DNA of 64,000 nt, from assembly GCA_963746865.1 (NCBI GenBank), contig CAVVDB010000003.1, positions 513,718 to 577,717 of the forward strand, in the 5' to 3' direction. A program made the position numbers and the translations under genes. The notes under the pieces were generated by a model. The model searched no databases. It was not told the DNA's origin and worked only from the letters and a program-made list of their open reading frames with translations. This DNA comes from an uncultured Chloroflexia bacterium (GTDB lineage: Bacteria > Chloroflexota > Limnocylindria > Limnocylindrales > CSP1-4). Positions 1 to 9,410 of the stretch are shown here, one piece after another; position 1 is the stretch's first letter, and each line of letters starts with the position of its first letter.

Positions 1-564
1 ATCGAGAACATCCGCAAGCTCGTCCAGGAGCACCGCCGCCTGTCCGGCGATCGTCGCCTCGTCGTGTTCGTCGACTATCTCCAGAAGGTCCCGCAGATCC
101 CGGAGCCGGAGAACGAGACCGAGAAGGTCACCTACATCGTCAACGGCCTCAAGGACATCGCCCTCGCCGAGGAGGTGCCGATGGTCTGCATCGTGGCCGC
201 CGACAAGGAGGGCCTGAAGGCCTCCCGCCTGCGCAACTACCACCTGCGCGGCTCGTCGGCGATCAACTACGAGGCGGACATCATCCTCATCCTCAATGAG
301 AAGTACCACATCGTCGCCAAGGTCAACATCGAGTTCAACCCGTACCAGGCGCAGCGCTTCCGCGACTGGGTGGTCATCTCGGTCGAGAAGAACCGCGGCG
401 GCCAGGACAACGTGGACCTGGAGTTCGAGAAGCACTTCGAGTTCAGCTGCTTCGATCCGAATGGCCGCACTGTCCAGGAAAAGCTCATCGAAGAGCGGCT
501 CTATAACGACTACGCCGCCCGGCCCTCTAGACTGGCGGTGAAGTCGCCTGGCCTCGTTTCCTGA
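1..564 (+). CDS. DnaB-like helicase C-terminal domain (RecA-fold ATPase) protein; the 5' end lies outside the window
   Basis: Frame 1 is open from nt 1 (IENIRKLVQEHRRL..VVFVDYLQK..LRGSSAINYEADIILIL..VEKNRGG), a DnaB-family C-terminal pattern. ORF-track entry 64..564 is only the part after an internal GTG. The true stop may be TGA 539-541 if an extra base near 515-525 is an error; that would give a GTGA overlap with ppa. Confidence 0.6.
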   Translation: MENIRKLVQEHRRLSGDRRLVVFVDYLQKVPQIPEPENETEKVTYIVNGLKDIALAEEVPMVCIVAADKEGLKASRLRNYHLRGSSAINYEADIILILNEKYHIVAKVNIEFNPYQAQRFRDWVVISVEKNRGGQDNVDLEFEKHFEFSCFDPNGRTVQEKLIEERLYNDYAARPSRLAVKSPGLVS

Positions 565-1060
565 CGTCGTCGAGATCGTCGTCGAGATCCCGCGCGGGTC
601 TCGAAACAAGTACGAATACGACGAGGAGGCGCGTGTCTTTCGTCTCGATCGCGTGCTCTCGAGCGCCGTCTACTACAACTTCGACTACGGCTTCATCGAG
701 GGGACCCGGGCCGGCGACGGCGACCACACCGACGCCCTGCTGATCATCGACGAACCGACCTTCACCGGCTGCCACGTCTGGGCGCGGCCGATCGGCGGCC
801 TCGAGATGCGCGACGAGAAGGGCTTCGACTTCAAGGTCCTGTGCGTCGCCATCGGGGACGCGCACCAGCAGCACATCAAGCGGCTCGAGCAGGTCCGGCC
901 GCATCGACTCGTCGAGATCGAGCACTTCTTCCAGACCTACAAGGCTCTCGAGGACAAGACCGTCGACGTGCTGGGCTGGCGTGAACGGGACCGCGCCCTC
1001 GATGTCCTGCGGACGGATCGGGCAACCTGGGAGCACGAGACGGGCGACCGACCGGGGTGA
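538..1060 (+). CDS. ppa: Inorganic pyrophosphatase (family I); start unresolved
   Basis: ORF 653..1060 carries the PPase core (YGFIEGT, GDGD, DALLI, KVLCV). The conserved N-terminus DVVEIVVEIPRGSRNKYEYD is encoded in the same frame at 563-652, but there is no ATG/GTG/TTG after the in-frame stop at 539-541. Either CTG-548 is the start, or GTG-538 in frame 1 is the start and TTT 557-559 carries one extra T. Confidence 0.8.
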
Positions 1061-1680
1061 CCGCCGCGGACCGACGACCGCGCTGGCCGGGTGCCGACCA
1101 GCCCGGTCGGCGCCTGTTCATCGCCGTCCCGTTCCCGTCCGACGCCGAACACGAGATCGCGGCAGTCGTGGAGCGGGTCATGGCCGACGGCGTCCCGGGC
1201 GGCGGTCGCGATGTCCGCTGGGTGCGACTGGACAGCCTCCACCTGACGCTCCGGTTCCTCGGCCCGACCCTCGAGGACCGGGTCGGACCGGCGGGCGAGG
1301 CGACCCGACGGGCGGCGGCTGCGAGCGCCCCGTTCGACTTGTCGATCGGTCGTGCCGGCGCCTTCCCGACCGCCGCTCGGCCGCGGGCGCTATGGCTCGA
1401 CGTGCGCGACGGTGGGGAACCCCTGGCGGAGCTCGCGCGTGGCGTCGATCGCGCCCTCGCGCAGCTCGGCTGGGAGCTCGACGACAAGCCCTTTCGACCG
1501 CACCTGACCCTCGCCCGTGCCGACGGCATCCGGGCCGGGGCTGCGATCGGGGCGCGCCTCGTCGCCGAGGCGGCCGACCTGGAGGTCCGCTTCCGGGCCG
1601 ACCGGATCGGGCTGTTCGAGAGCTTGACGGGGGGTGGCCCCGCACGCTATCAGCCGCTGGCCGTCGTCAACCTCGGCTGA
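1057..1680 (+). CDS. thpR: RNA 2',3'-cyclic phosphodiesterase (2H phosphoesterase, LigT/ThpR family)
   Basis: Two HxTL motifs (HLTLRF, HLTLAR) at the spacing typical of the family. GTGA overlap with the ppa stop. Confidence 0.8.
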   Translation: MTAADRRPRWPGADQPGRRLFIAVPFPSDAEHEIAAVVERVMADGVPGGGRDVRWVRLDSLHLTLRFLGPTLEDRVGPAGEATRRAAAASAPFDLSIGRAGAFPTAARPRALWLDVRDGGEPLAELARGVDRALAQLGWELDDKPFRPHLTLARADGIRAGAAIGARLVAEAADLEVRFRADRIGLFESLTGGGPARYQPLAVVNLG

Positions 1681-1779
1681 TCGGGCGCTGTCGCGGTTGC
1701 GCCGGGGTCGTCGCGCGCGCTAGGCTCCGTCCCCGGGCCACCGTCGTCCGGCGTCCGTCCCACCACGCAGGAGATCGCC

Positions 1780-3150
1780 ATGGCGCCGTCGGATCCACGA
1801 CAGACGAAGTTCGTCCTCGACGAGTCGCACATCCCGCGCTCCTGGTACAACATCGCCGCCGATCTCCCGAGCCCACCACCGCCACCGCTCCACCCGGGCA
1901 CGGGCCAGCCGATCGGACCGGCCGACCTGGCTCCGCTGTTCCCGATGGAGCTGATCAAGCAGGTCGTAAGCACGGAGCGCGAGATCGAGATCCCGGAGCC
2001 CGTTCGCGACGCATACCGCCTATACCGACCCAGCCCGCTGCACCGCGCCCACCGGCTGGAGGCCGCCCTCGATACGCCGGCCCACATCTACTACAAGTAC
2101 GAGGGTGTCAGCCCGTCCGGAAGTCACAAGCCGAATACGGCCCTCGCCCAGGCCTACTACAACAAGGCCGAGGGCGTGACCCGACTGGCCACCGAGACCG
2201 GTGCCGGACAGTGGGGGAGCGCGCTCGCCTTCGCCGGTGCCGTCTTCGGCCTCGAGGTCAAGGTCTACATGGTCCGCGCGAGCTACGACCAGAAGCCGTA
2301 CCGGCGGATCCTCATGGAGACGTATGGCGCGGAGGTCTTGCCCAGCCCGAGCCTGGCGACCGAGTACGGACGACGCCTGCTGGCCGAGACGCCCGACCAC
2401 ACCGGCTCCCTCGGCATCGCCATCTCCGAGGCGATCGAGGACACCGTCACCCACCCGGGTTCTAAGTACTCGCTCGGGTCGGTGTTCGACTTCGTGCTTC
2501 TCCACCAGACCGTCATCGGCCAGGAATCGATCGAGCAGATGGCGATGGCCGGCGAGGAGCCCGACGTGATCATCGGTTGCGCGGGCGGCGGTTCGAATTT
2601 CGCGGGCCTCACCTTCCCGTGGATCGGTCGAATGTTCCGCGATGGCCGGCGCTACAGGATCATCGCGGCCGAGCCTGAGGCCGCCCCTTCGTTGACCCGC
2701 GGCGTGTACGCCTACGACTTCGGCGACACCGGCAAGATGGCCCCGCTCGTCAAGATGCACACCCTCGGATCGGACTTCGTCCCGGACCCCATCCATGCAG
2801 GCGGCCTGCGCTACCACGGCATGTCACCGCTCGTCTCGCATCTCAAGCAGCTCGGCACCATCGAGGCCACGAGCGTCCACCAGGTGGCGTGCTTCGAGGC
2901 CGGTGTCACGTTCGCCAGGGCCGAGGGGATCCTGCCCGCCCCCGAACCGACCCACGCCATCAAGATCGCCATCGACGAGGCGCTGGCGGCAAAGGAGGCC
3001 GGCGAGGCCCGGGTCATCCTGTTCAACCTGTGCGGCCATGGCCATTTCGACCTGTCCGCCTACGAGCGGTACTTGTCCGGGGATCTCGAGGACTACGAGT
3101 ACCCGCTCGAGCGCGTCGAGGCCGCTCTGGCCGGCCTGCCGCAGGTCTGA
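1780..3150 (+). CDS. trpB: TrpB-like PLP-dependent enzyme (tryptophan synthase beta chain, TrpB2 class)
   Basis: 456-aa ORF with the [15 protein letters not shown] lysine motif and the long N-terminal extension typical of TrpB2. Confidence 0.9.
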   Translation: MAPSDPRQTKFVLDESHIPRSWYNIAADLPSPPPPPLHPGTGQPIGPADLAPLFPMELIKQVVSTEREIEIPEPVRDAYRLYRPSPLHRAHRLEAALDTPAHIYYKYEGVSPSGSHKPNTALAQAYYNKAEGVTRLATETGAGQWGSALAFAGAVFGLEVKVYMVRASYDQKPYRRILMETYGAEVLPSPSLATEYGRRLLAETPDHTGSLGIAISEAIEDTVTHPGSKYSLGSVFDFVLLHQTVIGQESIEQMAMAGEEPDVIIGCAGGGSNFAGLTFPWIGRMFRDGRRYRIIAAEPEAAPSLTRGVYAYDFGDTGKMAPLVKMHTLGSDFVPDPIHAGGLRYHGMSPLVSHLKQLGTIEATSVHQVACFEAGVTFARAEGILPAPEPTHAIKIAIDEALAAKEAGEARVILFNLCGHGHFDLSAYERYLSGDLEDYEYPLERVEAALAGLPQV

Positions 3151-3166
3151 TCAGGGACCCGACGAG

Positions 3167-3511
3167 ATGCCCCACCTCGCGTGCTGGTCGTGTGGACGAC
3201 AGGTCTACACGACCGCCCCGCTCGCGTCGCTGTTCGCCGAGGAGCGACGCTGCCCACGCTGCGGCGCCGCGCTGCACGACGAGCGCCGTGCCACGGATCG
3301 GCGACAGGCGAACCGCCGCGAGAACCCGGCCGACGATCCGGGTCCGCCGGCGGTGGAAGACGAGGCGAAGCCCCCCGCGAAGGCTGCGAAGGCCGCGAAG
3401 GCCTCCCCGGAACGACGGGCGGAGGACCGGCGGACGACGCGCCGACGGGGCAGTGGCGGGAAGCCGCCGCCACCGCCGCTCCCGCCTGAGGAAACGGGCT
3501 GGCGCGACTGA
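3167..3511 (+). CDS. Hypothetical zinc-ribbon protein with a basic, Pro-rich tail
   Basis: ATG 3167 lies inside track ORF 2795..3511. CWSC..(x21)..CPRC forms a four-Cys ribbon, followed by KAAKAAKA and PPPPPLPP low-complexity sequence. No family was recognised. Confidence 0.5.
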   Translation: MPHLACWSCGRQVYTTAPLASLFAEERRCPRCGAALHDERRATDRRQANRRENPADDPGPPAVEDEAKPPAKAAKAAKASPERRAEDRRTTRRRGSGGKPPPPPLPPEETGWRD

Positions 3512-3560
3512 GGGGACCCGGCCGCGCCCCACCGACGGCCGGGCTGCGATACTCGCGTCC

Positions 3561-4433
3561 ATGCACGTCGCGTTCCTCGGCTTCGGGCTCATCGCGGGTT
3601 CGATCGCCCGGGCCGTCCGGGCGAACCCGGCCGCGACCGACTGGACGATGGTCGCCTGGTCGCCGTCCGGTGAGGGGCCGCACCAGGCTGCCCGGGACGG
3701 GGTCCTGGACCGCGCGGCCGCGGATGTCGAGTCTGCCGTCGCCGGAGCCGACCTGGTGGTCCTCGCGGCGCCCGCGACCGACTGCCTGTCGCTCATCGAC
3801 CGATTGGCCGCCGACCGGCTGCTCCCGGCGGACGCCGTCGTGACCGACGTCGCGAGCACGAAATCGCTGATCGTCGCCCGGGCCGAGGCGGCTGGCCTGC
3901 GGTTCGTCGGCGGGCACCCGATGGCCGGCCGCGAGACCGCCGGCTACGACGCATCGCAGGCCGACCTGTTCGTCGACCGGCCATGGGTCGTCGTCCCGAC
4001 ATCGACGGCCGGCCCGGCCGACCTCGAGCGCGTCGCGCAGCTGGCCCGCGCGTGCTCGGCCCACGTGGTCGAGCTCGACGCGGCCACCCACGACCGCGCC
4101 GTCGCGGGGATCAGTCACCTCCCGTTGGTGGCCGCCGCGGCCCTCGTCGAGGCGGTCGTCGGCGACGAGGCGTCGGGGCGGGCCGACTGGCCGGTCGCGG
4201 CCGGGCTCGCGGCGGCCGGGTGGCGCGACATGACCCGCCTGGCGCGCGGCGATCCGAACATGGGGGCCGCCATCGCGACAACGAACGCGGCGGCCCTCGC
4301 CTCGCGCATCCATGACCTGCGCGATGCCCTCGACGCGTGGCTGGCCGAGCTTGAGGCCGTCGGAGGGCCCGATGAGGCGGCCGTCGCCAAGCGGCTGGCC
4401 AGGGCTCGAGCGGCCCTCGACCGTCCCACGTGA
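3561..4433 (+). CDS. tyrA: Prephenate dehydrogenase
   Basis: ATG 3561 lies inside ORF 2889..4433. It has an N-terminal FLGFGLIAGS dinucleotide-binding motif and the GGHPMAG and HDRAVAGISHLP signatures. Confidence 0.85.
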   Translation: MHVAFLGFGLIAGSIARAVRANPAATDWTMVAWSPSGEGPHQAARDGVLDRAAADVESAVAGADLVVLAAPATDCLSLIDRLAADRLLPADAVVTDVASTKSLIVARAEAAGLRFVGGHPMAGRETAGYDASQADLFVDRPWVVVPTSTAGPADLERVAQLARACSAHVVELDAATHDRAVAGISHLPLVAAAALVEAVVGDEASGRADWPVAAGLAAAGWRDMTRLARGDPNMGAAIATTNAAALASRIHDLRDALDAWLAELEAVGGPDEAAVAKRLARARAALDRPT

Positions 4434-5122
4434 GAGACGAACAGGTCTACGTCGTGCCGCGCGCGGCGGTCCTCGACGACGCCGGCTGGTACGGCCTGCG
4501 GACCGACGGCGTCGAGTCCTTCGTGGCAACCCTCGAGCGCTCGGGCCGCTTCGAACCGCGTCGCCTGATGGAGGTCGATCCCACCTACAAGCAGGTCATC
4601 CCGTACCTCGTCCTGCGCGACGACGACCGATTCTTCCTCATGCGGCGGACGACGGCCGGCGCCGATCCACGTCTCCACGGCCGCTACTCGATCGGGGTCG
4701 GCGGGCACCTCAATCCCGGCGACGGCGACCTGCTCGGCGGGCTTCGGCGCGAATGGTCGGAGGAGCTGGTCGCCGACTTCGTCCCCGAATTCCAGCTCGT
4801 CGCCCTCCTCAACGACGACACCACCGAGGTCGGCGCCGTCCATCTGGGCGCGGTCTATGTCGCCGACGCGAACGGCCGGCCGGTGGCGATCCGTGAGACC
4901 GACAAGCTCACCGGTCGATTCGAGGCGTCGGACGCCGTGGCGGCCGTGGTCGACCAGATGGAGACCTGGTCGCGCCTCGTCTTCGAGTTCCTGATCGCGG
5001 AGCCGGTCGCGACGCCGCTGCGTGCGCTCCCGACGTCGATCGACGGGGCGGGACCTATAATCGGCGCGCGGGGACAGCGATCGGCTGTGATGCCCGACCC
5101 GGATGGTTCCGTGGAGGACTGA
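4430..5122 (+). CDS. NUDIX-like hydrolase-fold protein (degenerate Nudix box)
   Basis: VIPYLVLRDDDRFFLMRR..GVGGHLNPGD..LRREWSEEL approximates the Nudix box. GTGA overlap with tyrA and TGATG overlap with the next gene. The last ~40 aa look unconserved. Confidence 0.55.
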   Translation: MRDEQVYVVPRAAVLDDAGWYGLRTDGVESFVATLERSGRFEPRRLMEVDPTYKQVIPYLVLRDDDRFFLMRRTTAGADPRLHGRYSIGVGGHLNPGDGDLLGGLRREWSEELVADFVPEFQLVALLNDDTTEVGAVHLGAVYVADANGRPVAIRETDKLTGRFEASDAVAAVVDQMETWSRLVFEFLIAEPVATPLRALPTSIDGAGPIIGARGQRSAVMPDPDGSVED

Positions 5123-6330
5123 TGGCGGCCAAGATCCTCGTCGTCGACGACGACCCGAACGTCCAGCGACTCCTGCAGTACACGCTCAAGCAGGAAGGCT
5201 ACGACGTCGTCGTCGCGGGTGACGGCGCGGAGGGATTCCGCCTGTGGGGGGCCGAGGCGCCCGACCTGATCCTGCTCGACGTCATGCTCCCCAAGCTCGA
5301 CGGCTACCAGGTCGCCACCAAGATCCGGACCGAGGAGGGGACCGCCGGCCACGTCCCGATCATCATGCTCACGGCCGAACGTGAGGTGGAGCAGAAGGTC
5401 CGCGGCCTGCGGGCCGGTGCGGACGACTACCTCATCAAGCCGTTCCACCCGGCCGAACTCCTGGCCCGGATCAAGAGCCTGCTTGCCCGGTTCGCCCCGA
5501 AGGAGTCGCTCCTGTCCCGGCCGCCGCTCGGACGGACGCTGGCCTTCTACGGCGCCAAGGGTGGGGTCGGGACGACCACGATCGCCATCAACGCGGCCAT
5601 CGCGCTCCACCGCGAGCTTGGCCGCAAGGTCGCGCTCATGGATGCCAACCTCCAGTTCGGCGACCACCGCGTCTTCCTCGACCTCGGGCTCGATCGCAAG
5701 AGCATCGTCGACGTCGTCACGGCGCCGTCGATCGACCACGACCTCGTCAAGCAGGTCATGGTCAAGCACGATTCGGGGATCGACCTCCTGCTCGCCCCGC
5801 CGTCGCCGGAGACCGCCGACCTGGTCCGGCCGGAGCACCTGCCGCTCATCACCGAGCAGCTCGCCTCGATGTACGACTACACGCTGATCGACGTCGACAA
5901 GCGGCTCGACGACATCAACCTCGGGATGTTCGAGGTGGCCGAGACGGTCTTCGTGGTCATGACCGCCGACCTGTCGTGCCTCAAGAACGTTCGCCTGATC
6001 CTCGAGACCATGGATCACCTCGGCTACCCGCCGGGCAAGGTCCAGCTCGTCCTGAACCGATCGAACGCGTTCACCGGGATCAACGTCAAGAACGCCGAGG
6101 GGGCGCTCAAGCGGACGATCGAGCACCAGATCGTCAACGAGTACCGGGGCGCCATCAGCGCCCTCAACTCCGGGGCGCCGTTCATGTTCACCAAGGCCGA
6201 TTCCGCGCTCGGCGGGTCGCTGCTCCAGTTCGCGCGCGGCGTCGACAAGCCGGTCGACCTCGGCCCAGGCGGTCACTGCGCGCTGAGTGTCCGCGGCGGC
6301 CAGGATGAGCCGCCGATAAGCGCGTGGTAA
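5122..6330 (+). CDS. Response-regulator receiver domain fused to a MinD/ParA-type ATPase (CpaE-like)
   Basis: REC motifs (VVDDD, LLDVMLPKLDG, KP) followed by the deviant Walker A GAKGGVGTTT. SD GGAGGA lies 5 nt upstream of the ATG. Confidence 0.85.
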   Translation: MAAKILVVDDDPNVQRLLQYTLKQEGYDVVVAGDGAEGFRLWGAEAPDLILLDVMLPKLDGYQVATKIRTEEGTAGHVPIIMLTAEREVEQKVRGLRAGADDYLIKPFHPAELLARIKSLLARFAPKESLLSRPPLGRTLAFYGAKGGVGTTTIAINAAIALHRELGRKVALMDANLQFGDHRVFLDLGLDRKSIVDVVTAPSIDHDLVKQVMVKHDSGIDLLLAPPSPETADLVRPEHLPLITEQLASMYDYTLIDVDKRLDDINLGMFEVAETVFVVMTADLSCLKNVRLILETMDHLGYPPGKVQLVLNRSNAFTGINVKNAEGALKRTIEHQIVNEYRGAISALNSGAPFMFTKADSALGGSLLQFARGVDKPVDLGPGGHCALSVRGGQDEPPISAW

Positions 6331-6377
6331 GTGACGATCGACCGCGGGATGACGTCGCCACCCGTAGGCTGCGGGAT

Positions 6378-7961
6378 GTGTTGGCCATCGTCCCATCCGC
6401 GACGCTGCACGGCCTCGACGGCCGGTTCATCCGGGTCGAAGTGGATGTTGCGCCGGGACTTCCCGGGTTCACCATCGTCGGCCTCCCGGACACCGCCCTC
6501 CAGGAGGCGAGGGAACGGATCCGGGGAGCGCTGCGCAATGCCGGCTATGTCCACCCGCCCCGGCGGATCACGGTCAACCTCGCCCCGGCCGACCTGCGCA
6601 AGGCGGGCGCCTCGCTCGATCTGGCGATGGCTCTCGGGATCCTGCTCGGGTCGGAGCAGGTTCGGGCCGGACCGGACCGGGTCGCCCTGATCGGTGAACT
6701 GTCGCTGGGCGGCGAAGTGCGCAGCGTACCGGGCGTCCTGCCGATGGCCGCGGTCCTGTCCCGTCGCGGCCTTCGACATGTCGTTGTCGCGACTGCGGCC
6801 GTTGACGAGGCACGGCTCGTGGACGGGCTGCTGGTGACCGGGGTCGAAACGCTCGCCGACGCGGTCGAGGTCGTCCGGGCCGGGCGTTCGCGTCGCGCGG
6901 CGCCGGCCTCGCCGCCACGCATCGAGCTGGTCGAGTCGGACGGTCGAGCGGCCACGGTGACCCCGGCGCCCTGGATCGTCGGGACCGAGCGTGGATCGAT
7001 GCCGGACCTGGGCGAGGTCCGCGGCCAGGTCGAGGCGCGCCGAGGGCTCGAGATCGCCCTGACCGGCGGCCACGGGCTCCTGCTGATCGGACCGCCCGGC
7101 TCGGGCAAGACGCTCCTGGCCCGGACGATCCCGACCCTCCTGCCGCCGCTCGACGATGCCGCGGCCCTGGCCGCGACCGTCGTGGCCTCGGCGGCCGGCG
7201 AAGGCCCGATCCACGAGCTGCGCCGCCGCCCACCGTTCCGGTCGCCCCATCACACCGTGTCGTACGCCGGGATGGTCGGTGGCGGTCCGCACCTGTCGCC
7301 GGGCGAGATCACGCTGGCGGACCAGGGCGTCCTCTTCCTCGACGAGCTGCCCGAGTTCGACCGCGACGTCCTCGAAGCCCTACGCCAGCCGATGGAGGAG
7401 GGGCGTGTCGCGATCTCCAGGGCGGGCCGCACGACCGACTTCCCCGCCCGGTTCCAGCTCGTGGCCGCGATGAACCCGTGCCCGTGCGGGTTCGCCGGGT
7501 CGTCCGACCGTTCGTGTCGCTGCCCGGCGTCGGTCCCGGAGCGCTATCAGCGCCGGATCTCCGGGCCGTTGCGCGATCGGATGGACCTCTGGATCTCGAT
7601 GCCCCGCGTGGCGCCGACGTCCCTGCTCGCCAGGTCGGATCCGGAGGGCTCCGCGATCGTCGGGCCGCGGATCGCGGCGGGTCGCGCAGTGGCGACGAGC
7701 CGTCCACCGGGCGTCCTCAACGGGCGACTCACGGGACGGACGCTGCGCGCGGCCTGTCGACTCGATGTGGCGGCCGAGCGAGCCACCGTCGGGTTGGCCG
7801 AGCTCGAACGGGCCAGCGGGCGCGGGACCGAGCGGATCCTTCGCGTCGCCAGGACGATCGCGGACCTGGCGGGCGACGACCGCGTGCGCGAGCGGCACCT
7901 GGAGGAAGCGGCATGGTTCCGTCCCCCGGACATGCGCCTGGCCGCCGCCGAGGCCAGCTGA
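6378..7961 (+). CDS. comM: Mg-chelatase-like ATPase ComM/YifB
   Basis: VLAIVPSATLHGLDG..VEVDV..GLPGFTIVGLPD..EARERIR N-terminal domain, Walker A GPPGSGKT, and a C-terminal CPCG/CRC cluster. The track ORF starts at 6324; GTG 6378 or TTG 6381 fits family N-termini better. Confidence 0.85.
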   Translation: MLAIVPSATLHGLDGRFIRVEVDVAPGLPGFTIVGLPDTALQEARERIRGALRNAGYVHPPRRITVNLAPADLRKAGASLDLAMALGILLGSEQVRAGPDRVALIGELSLGGEVRSVPGVLPMAAVLSRRGLRHVVVATAAVDEARLVDGLLVTGVETLADAVEVVRAGRSRRAAPASPPRIELVESDGRAATVTPAPWIVGTERGSMPDLGEVRGQVEARRGLEIALTGGHGLLLIGPPGSGKTLLARTIPTLLPPLDDAAALAATVVASAAGEGPIHELRRRPPFRSPHHTVSYAGMVGGGPHLSPGEITLADQGVLFLDELPEFDRDVLEALRQPMEEGRVAISRAGRTTDFPARFQLVAAMNPCPCGFAGSSDRSCRCPASVPERYQRRISGPLRDRMDLWISMPRVAPTSLLARSDPEGSAIVGPRIAAGRAVATSRPPGVLNGRLTGRTLRAACRLDVAAERATVGLAELERASGRGTERILRVARTIADLAGDDRVRERHLEEAAWFRPPDMRLAAAEAS

Positions 7962-7993
7962 CGTGCTCGGCGTGGGCGTGACCGGGCCTGTCG

Positions 7994-9280
7994 GTGACGA
8001 GGCGGCGCCCGAGATCCATGGGCGACCCTCCGTCTCACGCGGAAGCGCCGGCCGGCGCCGCAACCGATGCCGACGCCGAGCGCGATGCCTGGGCGGTCCT
8101 GGCGAGCGTCCATGGGTTGGGGCCGGTCGGACTCGGCGCCCTGCTCCGTCGCTATGGCAGCGGCGTGGCCATCCTGCGCGAGGCGGCGACGCCCGGCGGA
8201 CCCGAACGCCTCACGATGGCGACGGACGGGGTGCTCGACGATGGGGAGGGGTTCCGCGACTTGCCGTTGGAGGTCGCCCTGGGGATCGCCGAGGCCGGCC
8301 AGAACGCGGAGCGGACGCTCGAGCGGATCCGAAGCCTCGGCCTCCGGGTCGTCACGGTCGACGGTCCGACCTATCCGGTCAGGCTCGCCGCCATCGAGAT
8401 GCCGCCGCACGTCCTGTACGTCCTCGGCAACCCGGCCGCGATGGACGCGCCGCGGGCCGTGGCGATCGTCGGGACTCGTCGAGCCACGGACCAGGGCCGG
8501 GCGATCGCCTCGCGACTTGCCGCCGAACTCGTGTCGGTCGGGGCGACCGTAGTCTCAGGGCTGGCGGTCGGGATCGACGGCGCGGCGCACGCCGCGGCCG
8601 TCCACGCCGGGGGGACGACGGTCGCGGTGATCGGATCCGGCCACGCGGTGCTGCATCCGCGCGCCCACAGCCGGCTCGCCGCGGCGATCGTCGCGGCCGG
8701 CGGGGCGGTCGTCTCGGAACTGGCGCCAGATATCGAGCCGAGCGTCGGGACCTTCCCGCGCCGCAACCGGATCATCAGCGGGCTTGCCGAAGCGACCGTC
8801 GTCGTCGAGGCGCCGGCCCGCAGCGGAGCGCTCATCACGGCGTCGTGGGCGCTGGAGCAGGGCCGCGGCTGCTTCCTCGTCCCGGGGCCGATCGGGGCCC
8901 CAGCCTCAGCCGGCTGCCTGGGCTTCCTCCGGGAGTACGCCGCGGAGGCCCGGATCGTCGCCGGGATCCCGCAGCTGATCGACGACCTCGGCCTGGCCGA
9001 CCATCTGGCCGAGCCTGGGGTCCCGACCGCCGCCGCGGCAACGCTGTCCGGCGTCGGCCAGGCCGCGGGGCGGATCGGGCGCGAACTCGTGCTCGGCCGG
9101 GTGACGGTCGACGAGCTCGTGGCGACCACCGGGTGGCCGGTCGCAAGCGTGCTGGCCGCCCTGACGCTGCTCGAGCGGCGCGGTCTCGCGCTCGGGGTCC
9201 ACGGCCGATTCCGTCCGGCCGGCGCGCTCGCCGCGGCGGACCCGGCGAGGATCGGGCTGGGACGCGCGACCGCCTCCTGA
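7994..9280 (+). CDS. dprA: DNA-processing protein DprA (Smf)
   Basis: LGPVGLGALLRRYGS, the VVSGLAVGIDGAAH Rossmann-like core and FPRRNRIISGL. An alternative start is ATG 8018. Confidence 0.85.
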   Translation: MTRRRPRSMGDPPSHAEAPAGAATDADAERDAWAVLASVHGLGPVGLGALLRRYGSGVAILREAATPGGPERLTMATDGVLDDGEGFRDLPLEVALGIAEAGQNAERTLERIRSLGLRVVTVDGPTYPVRLAAIEMPPHVLYVLGNPAAMDAPRAVAIVGTRRATDQGRAIASRLAAELVSVGATVVSGLAVGIDGAAHAAAVHAGGTTVAVIGSGHAVLHPRAHSRLAAAIVAAGGAVVSELAPDIEPSVGTFPRRNRIISGLAEATVVVEAPARSGALITASWALEQGRGCFLVPGPIGAPASAGCLGFLREYAAEARIVAGIPQLIDDLGLADHLAEPGVPTAAAATLSGVGQAAGRIGRELVLGRVTVDELVATTGWPVASVLAALTLLERRGLALGVHGRFRPAGALAAADPARIGLGRATAS

Positions 9281-9410
9281 CGGCGGCGACCAGGGAGCGA
9301 CCATTTGCCTGTCGTCGTCCCCCGATGCTACCCTCACCGAGGTCGCCCTCCCCCTGGGTGGCCTGCGCACAACCCTCGATGCGCCCCCAGAGCACGAGCA
9401 GGAGTGTCTA

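Noticed and set aside
1681-1779. The leader region upstream of trpB2 as a possible Trp attenuator or T-box
   Set aside because: There is no leader peptide with Trp codons, no T-box specifier or terminator architecture that I could discern, and the region is only 99 nt long.
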